Of a stretch of DNA of 64,000 nt, positions 59,301 through 64,000 are shown one piece after another. The DNA lies in the NCBI GenBank assembly GCA_020137815.1, contig CM035351.1:3348001-3412000 (forward strand). The letters are read 5' to 3'. Source of the stretch: Hormiphora californensis. Taxonomy: Eukaryota; Animalia; Ctenophora. The first letter of the stretch is position 1. Every line of letters starts with the position of its first letter. Made by a program: the position numbers and the translations under genes. The notes under the pieces were generated by a model. That model did not search any database, was not told the DNA's origin, and saw only the letters and a list, made by a program, of their open reading frames with translations.

Positions 59301-62300
59301 GGAGCAACAAACGAGATGTAAATCGGACCGATTTACATCTCGTTTGTTGCTCCTGGCAGGTCGATTTAATCGGTTCAGTAGTTCCTTGCAGCCAGGTCTT
59401 TGAAAAAGTTTGCTCTAAAATCAATAACGGGCCGGAGGCCTAGATGTGAGATCGATCTCGGTCGCTGCGCGACCTCGATCTCACTCAGGCATCAATGTGG
59501 CCAAGTTATTACTCAACAATATTCTCCGTAGTGCGTCTATAGGGGATTCAATAGGACTGAGGGAGTTTGTACTATGAAGACAGTCCCCGCGAATACGATA
59601 ACGATTCAAGTACCATATCTGACTACAGAGTTCGTGGGTGCAACGGAATGCAAGCTGACAATTTCAACTCTTTATGGTTCTCCTATACTCATCTCATCTC
59701 TACCCTTATCTCTTACTGGTAAGAGTGAAAACACACTGTTTACAGATTCTAATAATATAATACTAGCCTACTAAGCAACATTTATTTGTTCAGTAATGAG
59801 ACCTGAGCAAGAATTAATTAGGGAAAAATACTGGGCTCGACCGGGAATTGAACCAGGGACCTTCAGAGTGAAATGTGCTCGAAGCTATACCACTAAGCTA
59901 CTAAACCTCATTTACTTGTTTCAGATTATCCTCCCTTCGTGTCGAATATGTCCGACATTGGGCTGGCCTACAAAACCGACTTTCAAGGGTCCAAGGAACC
60001 AAAATGTATAGCTGACGGATGGCCATTGACAGATGTGACAGCCAAGTGGTTGTGTAGGTCCTCAGATAAAGATCTAAAGATGGTCTGGTTGGAGAAGGGA
60101 TGGACCAGTAAATACACGAAGGACGGTGGAACCTTGTTCATGTGCCAGTTGCGATCTAAAGGGGATACACTCGATAAGAAACGACTTATGTTTGTGAAGC
60201 TAGGACAGCTGACCTCTGTGTCAACCAGGACTTATCATCCTGATAATGAGATGAAGCCAGTGAGATGTGGTATCAGGACTAGGGATTGGAAACCTGAACC
60301 TAGATCGTGGGGCTACATTGACACAAACGGAACTAGCCATACCGTCCCTTTTACAAAACAGAGGTACGTTTGTTTGTGATTGTTGCTTCTGGAGGATGCC
60401 CATTGCCCTGCCCGAAAGTAGTAGATGCCGAACAAAAGAGGTCAAATTAAAGCACAATAGTCAATAACACACAATAGGGGGTGTGTACTGTGTACCCATC
60501 CCGATTATTTGATCTATCCGGGTTATAAGAGTTATCTTGATTACCGGAGTATTCCAGCTCGTATAGGCTGGAATAACTTTCCTGAAAATACCAATTATTG
60601 GATGCATATAAAAAGCTCTAACAAATATTTTCAGCATCAATATTTCTATTACAACATCACCACAATTGGGACCTTTGCCTTCTGGGTTGTACTAGTGGAG
60701 GAGTGGCCTAATAACCAAACAGCGAGTTATTACTACAAACAAGAAGTAACAGTGGTCCCCGGAACTAGCACACTTCGTAAGTCTAAATAAGTTATAATAT
60801 TGAAGAGTTTAATTAACAAAATAACTAATATATTGCAGCTCAATTAGCGACCAGTGTGGTAACTGAGGAAGGTAAGGAAAATATATGAAATATAACATTT
60901 GTCTAATATCTATAGAATGTGTGAAACTGAAATAAAACCTGGTGTCCCCTAATGGTGGTGCCGTGCCTTCCTCTTTTAATATAAATTAATTCTAGAGAAT
61001 ATTCTAAGTGTGTGCATATTGTGGAATAATGACTAGCTGCGGCCTCCCTTTCTGTTTAATCTCACTCTCTCTCTCTGTTAGCAATTTAATCTTTCTTCTA
61101 GATCTATGACTATAGAGAGGGTGCGCTAATTCGGGAACCAATTGAAGATGTAATTATTGATGAAACTCTATAGCCAAATAGTTATGATGAACCCATTTTG
61201 CCTCTCTTTCTACCATGACCCAATTCCTATAGGTGAAAACAATACTGTGGCTAGGGAGGTCACTGGAAAGGGTCCTGCTGTGATGATAAAACAAGTCACT
61301 GGCCCAGCCTCTAAAAAAGAAAATCAGAATATTTGGTATTTGGCAGGGCTAACCGGGATGGCAGTATTTCTAGTTTTCTTCTCCGTGTTCATCTATAAAG
61401 TTGTGAAAAGAAATCAGTCGAAAGTAAAGAATTTGATCACATTGGATAGAGCCCAAACCAACATGGGACCAAACAGTTTATACGCAATCGCTGATGAAAT
61501 GGAGGTGGGTTATTTCATAAAATTTAAAATCTAATATGCTTTGCTGAGTAAGGGGGTACACGAGAGTTGGAATTAATTGGTTAATTAAATAATCTCGTCA
61601 TTACAGATGGTTGGTGAACCCCTCCTAGCAATGATGCCTAGTATACCTATCGACTCGCTCACTATTCTCAACGTTATTGGATCTGGCCAGTTCGGAAAGG
61701 TTCTCAAGGCTCTACTACAACAAAATGAAGAGGAAGAAGTGGAAGTTGCAGTTAAATTCCTTAAAGTATGTCCTTAATTAGATAATTAATTGGATAATTA
61801 TCAGCTACTAGGCTTCCAACCTGAATTCATTTAACACAACCCATATTTCCTAGAACAACCCTGGAGACGATACGTCAATAATTGAAGAATTTCTAGCTGA
61901 GGCGGCCCACATGTATCGTCTAGACCACCCTAACATACTCAAGCTCATTGGTGTTTGCACAGGTAAGCTAATAACACGTGTTCCCATAGCAACATAGAAA
62001 ACATTATAACCAGAATATGCCCAGCTGTGACAATTACCCCAATTACCAAAAATATTACAGCCTGAAAATAAACAATAAAAAATGGGGTTGCCACATGTAA
62101 CTTTTCGGCAATCAGCTACGAACGAACAAGAGCTAAAATCGAATTATCCCTGCCACACGTACCACGCAAACGGCTGGTTTCGCCTGGTCCAGCCGAATTC
62201 CTACTGAGTTACCATAGCAACATGAGTTACCATAGCAACATGAGTTACCATAGCAACATGAGTTACCATAGCAACATGAGTTACCATATCAACATGAGTT

Positions 62301-63426
62301 ACCATAGCAACATGAGTTACCATGAATCTATAATTCTTCAGAAGGGGACGATCACATGATAGTATCTGAGTTTATGAGCCTGGGATGTCTGAAAGACTTC
62401 CTGATCAACAGACCAGAAGGGATGCTGAGCCAAGAAAACAAACTTAGTATCTGCTATCAGGTAATGTTAATTAACTATTCCACGCAATATCATCGTTCAA
62501 CTCCGTAATTAATGCTAAATGCTCGCTAGTAGACTCTGCCGTAGAGTGCAAATATTCGTATTGAAATTAAGCTCAACTGCAGTACGTGGTTACAAGTGGG
62601 CGTGAGGAACATAATTAACATGTTACCATGACTACTTCAGCTGATAATTACATGGAAATTATCGATATAATTACTTGTTCAGGTGTCTAATGGCCTAGAG
62701 TACATGACGGCACAGGACATAATTCACCGGGATATTGCTGCTAGAAACTGTCTAGTTGGAGAGAATCTTATTGTCAAGGTAACACTGTCTAGTTGAGTCT
62801 CATATTGTCAAGGTAACACTGTCTAGTTGAGTCTCATATTGTCAAGTTAACACTGTCTAGTTGAGTATAATATCGTCAAGGTAACACTGTCTAGTTGAGT
62901 GTCAAGGTAACACTGCTGCAATCAAATGATAATGATACACGTGTCCTTTAAACTATAGCCAGTATCACATCTCCCCTCACTATCCAGCTCATCTAATGTA
63001 CACGTGCCTTCACAGCTCCCCTCTCTCAGTGAAAGATCCACTGATCGAGACCTCTCTTTCACTCCAGATAGCCCCTCTTGGACTACCCTCACTTGATCTA
63101 CCAAACAGAGAGAGAACACACAAAACCTAACATATACTCAGTCTTCTCACTACTTTAACTACTTTAACTTTAGATCCTGTCCGGCCAATGCTCTGACCGC
63201 GGTTCTCGCTTTGAAAGAAATGCAAGAATAGGGTCAATGCTCTGACTAACTCCCGGATATGTTACAGGTTGCGGACTTTGGTTTATCAAAGGGGCTCCTA
63301 ATGACTGAGTATTACAGAAAGTTGGGAGGTCAGGTTCCTATTCGATGGATGGCCCCCGAGTCAATCAAATACGGACGGTACACAAAACAAAGCGATGTCT
63401 GGTCTTTTGGAGTGCTCATGTGGGAG
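56332..63426 (+). CDS. Receptor tyrosine kinase (signal peptide, divergent and possibly Ig-like ectodomain, TM, TK domain); continues beyond the window
   Basis: Signal peptide [38 protein letters not shown]. Kinase motifs [68 protein letters not shown]. Confidence 0.9.
57332..58002. mobile_element. Kolobok-like palindromic MITE in an RTK intron
   Basis: TTAA|AGTAAGAGTGGCGC ... GCGCCACTCTTACT|TTAA, with ~300-bp near-perfect arms. Confidence 0.9.
58781..58896. repeat. (TAGAGA)n hexamer microsatellite
   Basis: About 19 perfect units. Confidence 0.95.
59293..59361. repeat. Perfect 34-bp inverted repeat with a 1-nt spacer
   Basis: ACCTGCCAGGAGCAACAAACGAGATGTAAATCGG-A-CCGATTTACATCTCGTTTGTTGCTCCTGGCAGGT. 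Confidence 0.95.
59832..59907 (-). pseudogene. tRNA-like sequence (tRNA pseudogene or tRNA-derived SINE head)
   Basis: The minus strand has A box TAGCTTAGTGG, B box GGTTCAATTCC, a 3' end GGTCCCTGGTTCAATTCCCGGTCGAGCCC and a downstream TTTTT. The anticodon arm does not fold canonically. Confidence 0.55.
62206..62323. repeat. 18-bp tandem repeat (GAGTTACCATAGCAACAT)n
   Basis: About 6.5 units in an RTK intron. Confidence 0.9.
62746..62916. repeat. 34-bp tandem repeat derived from an RTK exon end plus splice donor
   Basis: ACTGTCTAGTTG..ATTGTCAAG|GTAAC repeated 4-5 times. Confidence 0.85.
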
Positions 63427-63942
63427 GTATGTGAGATCGAGATATTTGTGCCAGGGGCCAGGCAGGAGGCGTTGAAAGGAATGTGTGCAGTTATTCATTC
63501 AACATGTCTAGTTATAAGGGGAAACAAGAGAGCTGTTACTATAAGAGAGGAGTTTTTTTGGTCGAGTGCTGTCGACAGATCATTTTCAATACACCAGCTG
63601 CAGTAGCATGTACACTATTATTATAGGACAGTAGTAGCTGGACATCTATATTATAGCTGAGCTTTTTGCAATGAAAGGGGGTCTTGTTCTGACTCAATCT
63701 TTCCCTCTCTTTCGTACGTTCGTATGATCAGACTCTCTCACTCTCTCATGTGATAAAGCTCTCTCGTATGAACAAGGGACCGGGTGATTCCTTAACAAAA
63801 TTTAAAAAGCACCCCGTCACACTCCCCTACCTTCACACTACACACACTCAGCGAAATATTATACTTAGGTCCAATTAGATTTAATAGCTTTTTCTTTGAA
63901 GTATTTAAATAGAATTACAGCACGGATCGAGATGGTAGACGC

Positions 63943-64000
63943 CAGGAAACGACCGAACCGGGTTTTTTTCCACCGAACCGAACCGAACCGAATTTGAAAA
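63943..64000. mobile_element. Terminus of a second copy of the hAT MITE family (truncated by the window end)
   Basis: Reverse complement of the 48552 end: CAGGAAACGACCGAACCGGGTTTTTTTCCACCGAACC. Confidence 0.85.

Noticed and set aside
62206-62916. CRISPR-like arrays (also 16525-17105)
   Set aside because: Head-to-tail tandem repeats without unique spacers, in eukaryotic introns, with no cas genes.

Overview
Intron-rich eukaryotic (animal) genomic DNA. Compact introns, the MITE/LINE repertoire and gene style suggest a ctenophore-like invertebrate, which is inference only. Genes reconstructed by hand with GT-AG phase checks: the 3' part of a GAP1-family RasGAP (RASA4/RASAL1-like), an orphan 5-exon gene, an intronless orphan coiled-coil ORF, a tight same-strand trio (INPP4-like with a degenerate active site, intronless PRPS, RPUSD2-like pseudouridine synthase), Rap1, Rab35, an FGD-family RhoGEF, an orphan class A GPCR, and a receptor tyrosine kinase that runs off the window end. 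Repeats include piggyBac-, Kolobok-, hAT- and Tc1/pogo-type MITEs, LINE fragments and micro/minisatellites. About 19.6-22.5 kb is homopolymer-inflated and looks like an assembly artefact. Best leads: (1) one Rap1 gene with two duplicated alternative last exons, giving a polybasic CVLL tail or a di-cysteine CCTLL tail, like KRAS4A/4B or Cdc42; (2) an INPP4 pseudophosphatase (CX5R to CX5N); (3) an operon-like or nested PRPS-RPUSD2 arrangement with a 69-nt spacer; (4) repeated tandem amplification of exon-end plus 5' splice-site units in three unrelated genes.
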